From the IMG/VR virus record IMGVR_UViG_3300001528_000425, positions 64,001 through 128,000 of that record: DNA of 64,000 nucleotides. One strand, written 5' to 3'. Source of the stretch: a virus. Lineage: Duplodnaviria; Caudoviricetes. The notes beneath the pieces are model-generated. The model worked only from the letters and a program-made list of their open reading frames with translations. It was not told where the DNA came from and did no database searches. Shown piece after piece: positions 46,301 through 55,381 of this stretch (its first letter is position 1; each line of letters begins with the position of its first letter). Position numbers and translations under genes: made by a program.

Positions 46301-47122
46301 ATGGCTGACGATAAGAAACTTTTGAAAACGACGATTCAGAGATACTTTTCTTCTCTGTTCGCCAGACGTATGCCGTACGCACTGTTCGGTTACGGTGACA
46401 ACAGAGTTTGGTATTTTACCAATATAACACCAGAAGCGATGCTGACTTACATTCCGAGTATGGAACACGCCATCCACGAAGTGACGTTCCGTAATACGGA
46501 GATTCGCGATATGTTGATCAACCGATTTCCGATTCTCAATCGGATGGGAGTGATCGATACTGCGAAACTGAATTCAGCGTTGAACAAAGAAAAGGACCCC
46601 GATGTCTTACAACTTCGATTAAAAGGAGACTCGCCGATCATCGAGCTTTATTGCACGGAGAAGCGAGAGGAGGTTCCATATGAACCGATCGAAGTAGGAA
46701 CTCTCTTGGAACAAGATGTAGTTGAACGCTACAGGAACCTAGTGGAGTCATATCTGAATCGTAAACAGTGGGATGAAGAGCACCCCATGGTGACGCATCC
46801 CGTCGAGTTATCAAAAGTGGATAGATCCGGAGTCACGCTTGTCCCGGTGACGAACAAACCCATCGATTCGTTGCAGTCTGTGTACTTGGTGCACGTACCG
46901 ATTCGCGATGGGTTGTCAACAGTATCGGTAGCAGAATATGCTCGCAAATTACCACAACCAGGAACGTTGGAACTGATCGTCTGTTATGACAACAGACATT
47001 CGTTGAAAACAGTCAATCGATATCGAGATGCTTTGATCAAAGTGATCTCGGTTCAACCGTCCGCGTTGTGGTTCCCACTTCCAACAGAGCAGCGTAAAGC
47101 GATTCTCTGTAATGACAAGTAG
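46301..47122 (+). CDS. Hypothetical protein
   Basis: 273 aa; RBS GGGAG. Confidence 0.75.
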   Translation: MADDKKLLKTTIQRYFSSLFARRMPYALFGYGDNRVWYFTNITPEAMLTYIPSMEHAIHEVTFRNTEIRDMLINRFPILNRMGVIDTAKLNSALNKEKDPDVLQLRLKGDSPIIELYCTEKREEVPYEPIEVGTLLEQDVVERYRNLVESYLNRKQWDEEHPMVTHPVELSKVDRSGVTLVPVTNKPIDSLQSVYLVHVPIRDGLSTVSVAEYARKLPQPGTLELIVCYDNRHSLKTVNRYRDALIKVISVQPSALWFPLPTEQRKAILCNDK

Positions 47123-47197
47123 TAACGATAAGAGGTGGTGAGTGTTCCTCGTGGGTAAATAGAAGATTGCGACCCACCTCCTTATCTGTTCCTATCC

Positions 47198-47235
47198 TAG
47201 GTACCAGGGAGGGGAATTCCCCTCCCTGGTACCTA
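47198..47235 (+). terminator. Terminator (perfect 38-bp palindrome)
   Basis: TAGGTACCAGGGAGGGGAA|TTCCCCTCCCTGGTACCTA followed by a T-rich tract. Confidence 0.8.
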
Positions 47236-47317
47236 ACCTTTATTTACTTTATTACCGAACCTACCTATTTATATAGAATCTCATTAGAGACAACATTTCC
47301 AAAGAAGAGGGAGTTGC

Positions 47318-47680
47318 ATGTCAAGTCACATCGAACTCGGAGCAACATGTACCGGTTCAGTGAGGATTTGCTCCAATATGTTCGGAGATATCTTTCTCAC
47401 TGTTCACAACTACGCAGTCAACTTCAATACTCCCAAGTCTCATCGATTGACGAAAGAGTTCGTTCAGAACTTTATGTCTACTCTCGATAAGGTGGAAGAG
47501 TTGAAAGTCGGCATGGGATATAGTGTGAAACTGAACACTATCACGCTATCGGTGTTCCGAGAACCAGATGATCAGTATGTCTTGTTCCTTGAGATCTACG
47601 ATACCGTGCATAGTCAGATATCCAAAGGCGGTATCGAAGCCGTCATGAAATGGAAACAAGCGTTGAGCAATTTTAACTAG
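47318..47680 (+). CDS. Hypothetical protein
   Basis: 120 aa; RBS GAGGGAG. Confidence 0.7.
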   Translation: MSSHIELGATCTGSVRICSNMFGDIFLTVHNYAVNFNTPKSHRLTKEFVQNFMSTLDKVEELKVGMGYSVKLNTITLSVFREPDDQYVLFLEIYDTVHSQISKGGIEAVMKWKQALSNFN

Positions 47681-47701
47681 CGACACTAAAAGGAGACTAT
47701 T

Positions 47702-49591
47702 ATGTCTGAAGAATTTGCCCATCTTGGTGGCGGTGATCTGCATACGGGAGAAACACCTGCAGTGCCGAACGAAGTGATCGTTCCGAAAGTTACCGCGAAT
47801 GATGCTCCTGCTTCCGAAGAGGAGTGGGGAAAGGTCATCGCTGCTGCCAAACAAGAACCGGCTGCCGATCCCATCCCATCAGCCATGACCGCTCCGGAGC
47901 CTGGCCTGGAAGAATCTCTCGGAGCGATCCTCGATAAGAAAGAAGAGGTCGTGGTGCCTCCTCCGCCGGTCGAACACAAAGAGACACCCATCATTCAAGA
48001 AAAGCCGAAACCTGAAGTGGCGCAGGAAGCTGCACCGATGCAGACTGAACAACACGATGAAACTGACTCGATCATGTCTGGTGCTGAAGCAGGCAAACGA
48101 CCGGAAACATCTATTCGCGAACAAGTGCGCAAGGAAGTGGATGATGCTGCACTCGACGATGCGTTCGGCGATATTCTCGGAGATCCCGATGAAGATGATG
48201 AAAAGCCAGCCAAGACGGAACGCGATCCGGCAGAGATGGATATCATCGACTTCCTGATGTCTGTTCCCACCGGAACCAGAGAAGATGTGCAGAAGATCCG
48301 CGGTCAGTACGCATCCATGGAAGCGTTCCAGAGGGATCTGATGGACGATACGAAGTTCGTCACCAAACTCTTCGGAGCAGCGTCTCAAGGACTTCGCAAT
48401 GGCCATGCTCAGACGTTCCGTACCATCGTCACGGAAGCCTCCAAGGACCATGACGTTTCCCCCATTCAGTTGATCGAGAAACGATTCGCTGATGCTTATA
48501 CTCGTGGTCGTGACTACAAGTCCACTCCGGGTAAAGTGAAGACCCTGGTCGGACGTCAGGCTCAGCTTGCCACTATCGCTCGTATCCGTGGTATCATTAA
48601 GGTGACCCTGATGAACTCTGGGTTCTGGGTTGTGCTTCGTCCATTGACGGTAGCTGAGATCGCTGAATTCCAGAGCACAGTGCAACTGGAAGCAACTGAA
48701 CTCGGTCATTCCCTCGGCAACCACATTTCCATCTGCAGTGACATCTTCATCAAAGACAAGTTCATGGAACTGCTCGACACTTATGGTGTGGTTCAGGACA
48801 GTAACCTGGAAGGCTGGGATAAACCTGGCACGTTGGCGAAACACATCTCTATCCATGACTACGATGTTCTGATGTGGGCCATGGTGGCTCTGATGTATCG
48901 GAAAGGTGTTCGTATTCGGACCGTTTGTCCGTCTTGCGAACACGCGGAAGACAACGTCGTTGTGGATGTTCTGGAAACGAAATTCAACAATAACGATCTT
49001 CTTACGGAAGAGGTGTTGGATTGGTGGGATGCTCACGAACATCAGAAGAACCCGGACGGTACCAACAAGAAGACGGTTTCCAAACAAGATATCGTCAAGT
49101 ATCAGAAGGAGATTCTTCCGTATTCGGGTGTTTCGGAACAGAACCTGGACCTCGGGAAGATCTCTCTCGGGTTGAGAGTACCCACTATCTATGAATATCT
49201 CACGACCGGCAAGGAACTGATCAATCGTCTGAATCGGTACATCCACGGCAATGATGCGGAACGCATCCAGCAGACCAGCGATCGAGTGATCCTTCATCTT
49301 TACCAGATGATGAAACCCTGGATCAAGGATGTTACATTCTACAATGAAGATGGGTCGATCAACTTCAAGACGGAAGATGGATATGCCATCGAACAGGTAC
49401 TGGAATCCAGCCGTCAGGAGAACGCACAGTTCAGCTCTGATATGGCGAAGTTTATGGCATCTACTAAGATTACCTATATCGGCACGATGGCTTTGGAATG
49501 TCCGAATTGTCATGCTCGTCCGTTCACTGGCCCGGATGCTTTCTTCCCGCTGGACAGTGAATCGATTTTTTTCGCACTCTCCTTCCGGTAA
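47702..49591 (+). CDS. Conserved phiKZ-family protein, possible baseplate-hub assembly chaperone (T4 gp26-like), with acidic N-terminal extension
   Basis: NSGFWVVLRPLTVAE, ISIHDYDVLMW, CPSC, LRVPTIYEY, CPNC and FPLD..IFF patterns. Confidence 0.6.
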   Translation: MSEEFAHLGGGDLHTGETPAVPNEVIVPKVTANDAPASEEEWGKVIAAAKQEPAADPIPSAMTAPEPGLEESLGAILDKKEEVVVPPPPVEHKETPIIQEKPKPEVAQEAAPMQTEQHDETDSIMSGAEAGKRPETSIREQVRKEVDDAALDDAFGDILGDPDEDDEKPAKTERDPAEMDIIDFLMSVPTGTREDVQKIRGQYASMEAFQRDLMDDTKFVTKLFGAASQGLRNGHAQTFRTIVTEASKDHDVSPIQLIEKRFADAYTRGRDYKSTPGKVKTLVGRQAQLATIARIRGIIKVTLMNSGFWVVLRPLTVAEIAEFQSTVQLEATELGHSLGNHISICSDIFIKDKFMELLDTYGVVQDSNLEGWDKPGTLAKHISIHDYDVLMWAMVALMYRKGVRIRTVCPSCEHAEDNVVVDVLETKFNNNDLLTEEVLDWWDAHEHQKNPDGTNKKTVSKQDIVKYQKEILPYSGVSEQNLDLGKISLGLRVPTIYEYLTTGKELINRLNRYIHGNDAERIQQTSDRVILHLYQMMKPWIKDVTFYNEDGSINFKTEDGYAIEQVLESSRQENAQFSSDMAKFMASTKITYIGTMALECPNCHARPFTGPDAFFPLDSESIFFALSFR

Positions 49592-49593
49592 TC

Positions 49594-50022
49594 ATGGGCG
49601 GAAGGTGTCTGGTCGACGACAAGTTCAACGATTATCTACGCGATCACATGATTTTGGGATTCTGGGAAAAGTTTCCTGAATTAGTGAAATGTCAAGGGAT
49701 CGTCCGGGACCTCGGTTTGCGTATCTTAACCAAGAAGCATGAACCTTGGTGGCCGGACGATCAGTCCCCTTGGAAACATCAACTCTATCGTCAGCCCATG
49801 AGGATCGATCTCTCACCTGACGGTTTAATGGATCGTGTATATTCCTTGTTGGAATGTGACATTACCCACACCTATTTTGGTATGTCTTTCGAGACACTGT
49901 TGCAGATGGACTTTAGTTCTTTCTGCGAACTTGAAGCCAGAGTTAGTTCAGTAGCTGCTCGTGTGAATGCAGCGGCGTCCGGTCTTACTGCCGGAGGAAA
50001 TAATGGAACTCAATCTACTTAA
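49594..50022 (+). CDS. Small partner protein (tail/baseplate assembly chaperone-like)
   Basis: 142 aa, 2 nt after the upstream gene; YFGMSFETLLQMD motif. Confidence 0.5.
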   Translation: MGGRCLVDDKFNDYLRDHMILGFWEKFPELVKCQGIVRDLGLRILTKKHEPWWPDDQSPWKHQLYRQPMRIDLSPDGLMDRVYSLLECDITHTYFGMSFETLLQMDFSSFCELEARVSSVAARVNAAASGLTAGGNNGTQST

Positions 50023-50037
50023 AGGACTCTTAACGAT

Positions 50038-51921
50038 ATGAGCGAAGATGCACCCAAAGCTTTGACGGTCGCCAATGAATTCTGTGGCGTGACCAACATT
50101 GTGGAAAAGGAGGTCATGAAGAATACCCTCTCGAAGACATTCGACGGGATCTTCAGTGTCCTCAAGAAACATTACGGACCATATGGCAAGTATGCCATGC
50201 TGGTTGATCCTTACGATCCTCTCAGTGAACCCAACCACACCAAGGACGGAATCAATATCGTCCGCAGTATCATGATGCCGAGTCCGATGGAACGTGTCAT
50301 CAAGAATGCCGTTGCACATGTGGGGGAGAATCTCGAGAAAACGGCCGGAGATGGTACTACATCTGCTATGATGCTGATGTGTGCCACTATCAGTCGCATG
50401 CTGGAACTCATGAACTCCAAGAAGAAGTATCAATACTTCCACGGGAATCTCCTGAGAACTGGTTTCGACAAGATGCTTCGTTATCTGGAACAAGAGTACA
50501 AGGATTCTTGTATCACCTTGGACAAGATGACGGAACTGTATCAGGGAGATCGCACCAGAGCGATCCACGATATCGCCTACTGGCAGGCTTACTCCTCTTC
50601 GCATGGAGATGAAGAACTCTCTTCGGCTTTGGCGGAAATGTTTTCCATCATGCCCCAGGAAAGCTGGAAATACATGCGCTATCGCCACAATCATTTCGAA
50701 TCCGACAAGCGATTTGAGGTGATCAAGGGAAGGGGACAGTTCGAGTTCGAAGGTCGTTGTCTCAATGCAGATTGTTTCAACCAGGAGTTCAATACCTGGT
50801 TCAAATCCGAGGAAGATGCTGAAGTTTACATCATCAACAGTGGTCTGATGTGTGAAGCCGAAAAGCAACTTCAGTTCTGGGACAAACTGAAGGATGAGAA
50901 TGGACCGAAGATGGTCATCATCTTCTATGCGCACTTCACGGATGGAGTGTCGTACGACAAGATGATGGAATTGTCCAGGAAGTATCCCAAGAGATTGGCG
51001 TTCTTCACGGCCATGCCTCAAGCGGATACCGAATTCAACGATCTTCTGGCGATCACTGCTTGCAGTGGATTCAACGGAAGAGAACTCGGTGATATGCCAC
51101 TGAAGCTCAAACATGGCGCATCCATTGAGTTCCAGAACAACCAACTCTATGTCAATGGAGTTTTCGAACTCAATGATCGACACATGAACGTCGATGTGCA
51201 CAACAAGGCACATCGTGTCTATGATTACCTGAGTTTCCTGGCGAATCGCAAGCAGTATCTCGAGAATCAGCCGGCGAAGACTATCGAACTGAGTGAACGC
51301 ATCTCCAACATGCAGCGTATCGCCAATCATATCCTGATCGGCAAACAGCCCGTATTGCTGATCGGAGGATTGGCTTATGACAACGTGGCAGCAGAAGACG
51401 TGGTGCACGACTGCATCACGGCAGTGTCAACTGTCATGGAAGAAGGTTTCGTTCCCGGAGGCAACAAGTGGTTGTATCGTTCGATCAACAACTGGCTGTA
51501 TCCTCCGTCGGATGACCCATGTGAGCTGGATAAAGTCGGAGAAGCGATGGAACTCGTTATGCTCGCGTTCCGTGCCGCATTGGAGGACATCTTCGCTGCA
51601 GCGATCGAAACCCTTCCACCGGAAGCAGGATACGAATTGTCTCTTGATGCCGCCAGTGGATTCAACTCCGTTGTGGAGGAGTATGGAAGAGAGCTCTTCG
51701 ACTTCATGCATCCGTCCAACAAGATCGATCTGACTCGGTTCTCTGAAGAGATCGCCGCTTCTTACAATCGTAAGAAAGCAAGTTCGGCTTTCATTATTCA
51801 GCCTATGTCCGTTGACCTTGAGGTCGTAAAACGGTTCGGTGAAGTCGCGTTGAAATATGTTATGACGGAACGTATTATCACCAAAGACGCGGTCTTTATC
51901 GACAAGGAAAAGAAACAATGA
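50038..51921 (+). CDS. groEL: GroEL-like phage chaperonin
   Basis: YGPYG, TKDG, AGDGTTSA (ATP-binding) and GFVPGG motifs; 627 aa. Confidence 0.9.
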   Translation: MSEDAPKALTVANEFCGVTNIVEKEVMKNTLSKTFDGIFSVLKKHYGPYGKYAMLVDPYDPLSEPNHTKDGINIVRSIMMPSPMERVIKNAVAHVGENLEKTAGDGTTSAMMLMCATISRMLELMNSKKKYQYFHGNLLRTGFDKMLRYLEQEYKDSCITLDKMTELYQGDRTRAIHDIAYWQAYSSSHGDEELSSALAEMFSIMPQESWKYMRYRHNHFESDKRFEVIKGRGQFEFEGRCLNADCFNQEFNTWFKSEEDAEVYIINSGLMCEAEKQLQFWDKLKDENGPKMVIIFYAHFTDGVSYDKMMELSRKYPKRLAFFTAMPQADTEFNDLLAITACSGFNGRELGDMPLKLKHGASIEFQNNQLYVNGVFELNDRHMNVDVHNKAHRVYDYLSFLANRKQYLENQPAKTIELSERISNMQRIANHILIGKQPVLLIGGLAYDNVAAEDVVHDCITAVSTVMEEGFVPGGNKWLYRSINNWLYPPSDDPCELDKVGEAMELVMLAFRAALEDIFAAAIETLPPEAGYELSLDAASGFNSVVEEYGRELFDFMHPSNKIDLTRFSEEIAASYNRKKASSAFIIQPMSVDLEVVKRFGEVALKYVMTERIITKDAVFIDKEKKQ

Positions 51922-52319
51922 AAGTCTACGATCAGGAAATTGACATCGGAGCGAAAGTGAGTTTCAGAATTCACAGTCAAACCGATGGTCAGACTTATCG
52001 CGGCGTTGTTCGCGGTTTCACCCAGTATCCAGGAGCCAGAATCTATGACGATCTGGCTGCTATCCACAACTCCATGACAGCTGAAGTGGCACAGACTACC
52101 TTGTCTGCGCAAACCTTCATGCTACTGGAAACTTCTGATGGAGTGATCCGTCCCTTCGCATTCGTGTGGATCGATGGGAATACTCTGGAATTGGAAGATA
52201 CTGCGGCTGACCGCCTGATCATCGTGCGCGGTGTTCAGTCTGGCAATGTGGATGCTGTTCTGAATACGATCCGAACTCTCGGCTACGAGTGTTCGATCTA
52301 TCGAGCATCGTCTAACTGA
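51918..52319 (+). CDS. Small SH3-like virion protein (phiKZ gp79-like)
   Basis: KVSF..YRGVVRG..DLAAIH..FMLLETSDG..FAFVWID pattern. Confidence 0.55.
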   Translation: MKVYDQEIDIGAKVSFRIHSQTDGQTYRGVVRGFTQYPGARIYDDLAAIHNSMTAEVAQTTLSAQTFMLLETSDGVIRPFAFVWIDGNTLELEDTAADRLIIVRGVQSGNVDAVLNTIRTLGYECSIYRASSN

Positions 52320-52334
52320 CAAAAATAAGTAAGG

Positions 52335-52372
52335 TAGAGTAGGTAGGGAGCGTCTGCTCCCTACCTACTCTA
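52335..52372. terminator. Bidirectional terminator
   Basis: TAGAGTAGGTAGGGAGC/GCTCCCTACCTACTCTA between convergent genes. Confidence 0.85.
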
Positions 52373-52397
52373 TTGCTTTATTCAAGCACAACGCGAG

Positions 52398-53438
52398 TTA
52401 GTTTTCTTTGTAGAGATCAGCGGCCTTGTTCAGTTCCGTCATCACTCGAGTGAGATAAGTACGGAGACCGATGATGTTGGTAACCAGTTTGCCGGCACAA
52501 TCCAGCAGGAAACTGATCACCGCTTGGTCTTCTTCAAGACTCACTCGAGTGGCATTGTCTTTGGCAGACATGGCAACTTTCAGAGCAGCGTTCGTTTTCG
52601 TCTGGATCGATCGCAGACTGTTTTGGATGGTACGAATGTCGTCGTTGGTGTTGGCGACATTCTTCGCCAGCATTTGCAAGTTCTTCAGATCGGTATATCC
52701 AACACTCGGATCAGCAACATCGGATTCGCCTTTGATGATCCGCAACGGTTCGATGATCATACCGCCGGTATGGATCTTCACTCCGTTGTCCAACGAAGAA
52801 TGTTTCAGGGTGATATCTTCCAGTCTGGAAGCGATTTCTCCCAGAGGAGGATGCTTGTCTCCGCTGATACCACGAACAATAGAGCCGAGTGTGTTGATCA
52901 GCTCTTGGAGCAGATCGTAACGTTGACGGAGATGAACTCCATTCGGAATGTCTTCCAGTTTGTATCTCCCAAGCGGGAATTCCATGATCTTGCCGGTCTT
53001 CTTGGACTGGGCAATACCTTCGCCGAGACGGACTGCCCAGTTGAAGATATCGTCGTTCTCTTTGGGAAGCGCGTATTTGCCGAGCCAATCGAAGATCATC
53101 TTGATGCGATTCATCAACCAGACGAATCCCTTAACCAGGAAGTCTCCGATGGAGATGAGCATGTTCTCCATGACAACATCCATCTTGGCGGCAGGAGATT
53201 TGCCAGCCAGATCAATATCGGAGATACCGATCACGTTGAAAAGAAGGTTGTCCTGGTTGTAGATGTTCAACCAGTTATCCGAGAACCCCATCGATTCGAG
53301 TGCGGCGTAGGCGATCTTCAGATCATCGGCAGCACCGAAGCATTTATCGGCATTCTGCTGAGCAGTTACAATTTCATCCAGAACAACAGAATCGACATTG
53401 AGCCATTCCAGATGTTCCATCATCTGAACAGTTTCCAT
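52398..53438 (-). CDS. Internal head (inner body/ejection) protein, phiKZ gp93-97 paralogue-like
   Basis: Acidic propeptide with ALE|S and VME|N sites, then the amphipathic helix FLVKGFVWLMNRIKMIFDWL. Confidence 0.65.
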   Translation of the reverse strand: METVQMMEHLEWLNVDSVVLDEIVTAQQNADKCFGAADDLKIAYAALESMGFSDNWLNIYNQDNLLFNVIGISDIDLAGKSPAAKMDVVMENMLISIGDFLVKGFVWLMNRIKMIFDWLGKYALPKENDDIFNWAVRLGEGIAQSKKTGKIMEFPLGRYKLEDIPNGVHLRQRYDLLQELINTLGSIVRGISGDKHPPLGEIASRLEDITLKHSSLDNGVKIHTGGMIIEPLRIIKGESDVADPSVGYTDLKNLQMLAKNVANTNDDIRTIQNSLRSIQTKTNAALKVAMSAKDNATRVSLEEDQAVISFLLDCAGKLVTNIIGLRTYLTRVMTELNKAADLYKEN

Positions 53439-53449
53439 CTTGGTAATCC

Positions 53450-54991
53450 TTATTTTGATGCAAGTTGCTTGAGTTTGATTCCGTAGTAGTACAGAGGATT
53501 GGAGTTGAGAGCATCCAGTTGCGTGAGCAGTGTTTGCAGTTCCTTCGTCACCCGACCGTCGATGATCATACTGGCGATGCCAGGAAGAGACACGTAGTAG
53601 GAGATCGTTGTATACAACTTTCTACCGTACTCACCCCATTTGTTGACCAGAGAGCGTTTCACGATGATCTTCTGTATCTTCTCGTATTCCCTTACGTAAT
53701 ACGCGACAGTTTGTGGGTTTGCCGCGCCGGATTTCATGGCAGCAATGCAATCCTGTTGAATCTTCTGGAATCGAAGCCAGCCAATCGGATAGACGTTGTT
53801 GTCGTACTGAGCCATGATCGGAGCAGCCATGAACTCCGAGAAAGCCGCCAGCATCTGTGCAACTTTGTCGATGGAGGAAGCATGTTTGGATGCCACAATA
53901 GCGGCTTCCCCGTAACCGAACAGCAGATCGATGCGATCCATCTTGTCCAGCGCAGATACGATATCCGCTCCATAGCCATGACGATTGGCATACTGATCAG
54001 CTTGTACTTCGGAACGATTGACATCTCGGAGGGAGGTAGGAAGATCCCCATATTTGAACATTTGAGCACTTCCTTTTCCTCTGGATTTCGGAATGTTGGT
54101 TCCAGCGATGACCATAGGAAGTACGGAGAACATATTGAGAGGAGCGAACACTGCTCTCAATACAGGACCGAGAATCTTTGTCAGCGCATTCATGTCACTA
54201 AGAGCGATGTCCGTCGCGTCCTGAGTGACAGTTTGGATAGCATCCATTACTTCTTTATCGACAGTCATTTCGCCCTTCTTGACTTTGTCGGTAATCTGTT
54301 CGAGCAGGATGATCTTCTCGGCAACAGGTGCTGATTGTTCAAAGGAAGCGCAGGCCATCTTCATGGCATTGAGTCGGGCATAACCATCCGCGGCGTGTTC
54401 AACCAAACGCATGATGTGTCCGATTTCATGCAGGATGATGGCAGTGATCTCTCTGGCAGTGAGTTCAAATTCCATCACTCCTGTCAGTTCATGGGCAAAG
54501 AAAGCCATATTGAAATCAAAGTACAAAGCAACACGAATGTACTTCTTAACTTGTTCTCTGGCTTCTGGGAATAGGTTGCCCTCTGCACGATTGAAGCTGT
54601 TCGCGATAGAGATGAGAGTATCGGCTTTCGTTACTTTCTTAGATGGGAAGTACGAAGTACCAGCATCGATGAATTGACCAGGACTTGCAGCCTTTTCATC
54701 ACCGATGATATGTGCGGTGGCAAAGCTGTATTGACCGTTAGTATCAGTGGCGAACTCTTCCAGATCGTATCCGCAGAAATCCTCGATCATTTTGCACATA
54801 GGGTCCATAATGTCAGATGCGAAGTAATTGAATGCAGTCTCTCTGCGCTTGGCAAATGCATCCGGAGGAAGGTTGTTCCGATAATCAATCATCTTCTGCA
54901 TCAGAGCTGTAAAGTTCTGTGCGAATTTGGTATTGATTTTGAAATCCATGGCCTCCATAGCTGGTGCTATAGCTTCAGTTACAAATCTCAT
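53450..54991 (-). CDS. Head protein with zincin motif (phiKZ gp162/163-like)
   Basis: PAME|AM propeptide; EITAIILHEIGH and EVQADQYANRHGYG. Confidence 0.7.
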   Translation of the reverse strand: MRFVTEAIAPAMEAMDFKINTKFAQNFTALMQKMIDYRNNLPPDAFAKRRETAFNYFASDIMDPMCKMIEDFCGYDLEEFATDTNGQYSFATAHIIGDEKAASPGQFIDAGTSYFPSKKVTKADTLISIANSFNRAEGNLFPEAREQVKKYIRVALYFDFNMAFFAHELTGVMEFELTAREITAIILHEIGHIMRLVEHAADGYARLNAMKMACASFEQSAPVAEKIILLEQITDKVKKGEMTVDKEVMDAIQTVTQDATDIALSDMNALTKILGPVLRAVFAPLNMFSVLPMVIAGTNIPKSRGKGSAQMFKYGDLPTSLRDVNRSEVQADQYANRHGYGADIVSALDKMDRIDLLFGYGEAAIVASKHASSIDKVAQMLAAFSEFMAAPIMAQYDNNVYPIGWLRFQKIQQDCIAAMKSGAANPQTVAYYVREYEKIQKIIVKRSLVNKWGEYGRKLYTTISYYVSLPGIASMIIDGRVTKELQTLLTQLDALNSNPLYYYGIKLKQLASK

Positions 54992-55076
54992 TATAGTCTC
55001 CTTTTAGGTATTAAATCGACTTTGTATAATATGGCTGAATCTCCCAGCTATAGGCTTATATTTTGCCTTAAAATAA

Positions 55077-55116
55077 ACAAAAAATAAAGGTAGGAGTCCA
55101 ACGGGACTCCTACCTT
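55077..55116 (-). terminator. Terminator with TTTATTTTTTGT tail
   Basis: AAGGTAGGAGTCC/GGACTCCTACCTT. Confidence 0.8.
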
Positions 55117-55196
55117 ATCGATGCACTGGTATCTATACGGATTAGTTTGTCTTTGTAGACTTGATCGATGAAGAATTTACACCTACTAGGTTCTTC

Positions 55197-55253
55197 TTAC
55201 TTTCCGGTTCCGATACCACCGAGCGCGATCGAAATGAGTATGGATGTAAACAT
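55197..55253 (-). CDS. 18-aa hydrophobic peptide MFTSILISIALGGIGTGK, or remnant of a deleted gene
   Basis: RBS AAGGAGG; own early promoter and terminator. Confidence 0.45.
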   Translation of the reverse strand: MFTSILISIALGGIGTGK

Positions 55254-55318
55254 TTTAATCCTCCTTGGTTAGGGTTAATGTTACATCGAGATACTGTTTC
55301 GACAGCCTCGTCACTTAT

Positions 55319-55326
55319 GTAATATA
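55319..55326 (-). promoter_or_regulatory. Early promoter TATATTAC
   Basis: Exact motif between a terminator and the small ORF. Confidence 0.7.
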
Positions 55327-55336
55327 TATGCAAAGA

Positions 55337-55372
55337 TGGATGACAGACATGCACGTGCATGTCTGTCATCCA
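55337..55372 (-). terminator. Perfect 36-bp palindrome / terminator of the head operon
   Basis: TGGATGACAGACATGCAC|GTGCATGTCTGTCATCCA. Confidence 0.75.
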
Positions 55373-55381
55373 CTATTGATA

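Noticed and set aside
47702-49591. 629-aa ORF near the polymerase, the right size for chimallin
   Set aside because: It has CxxC pairs and chaperone-like motifs, and none of the ChmA motifs I recognise
51918-52319. Possible GroES because it follows the chaperonin
   Set aside because: No PLxDRV or mobile-loop motif; it fits a phiKZ-family small virion protein better
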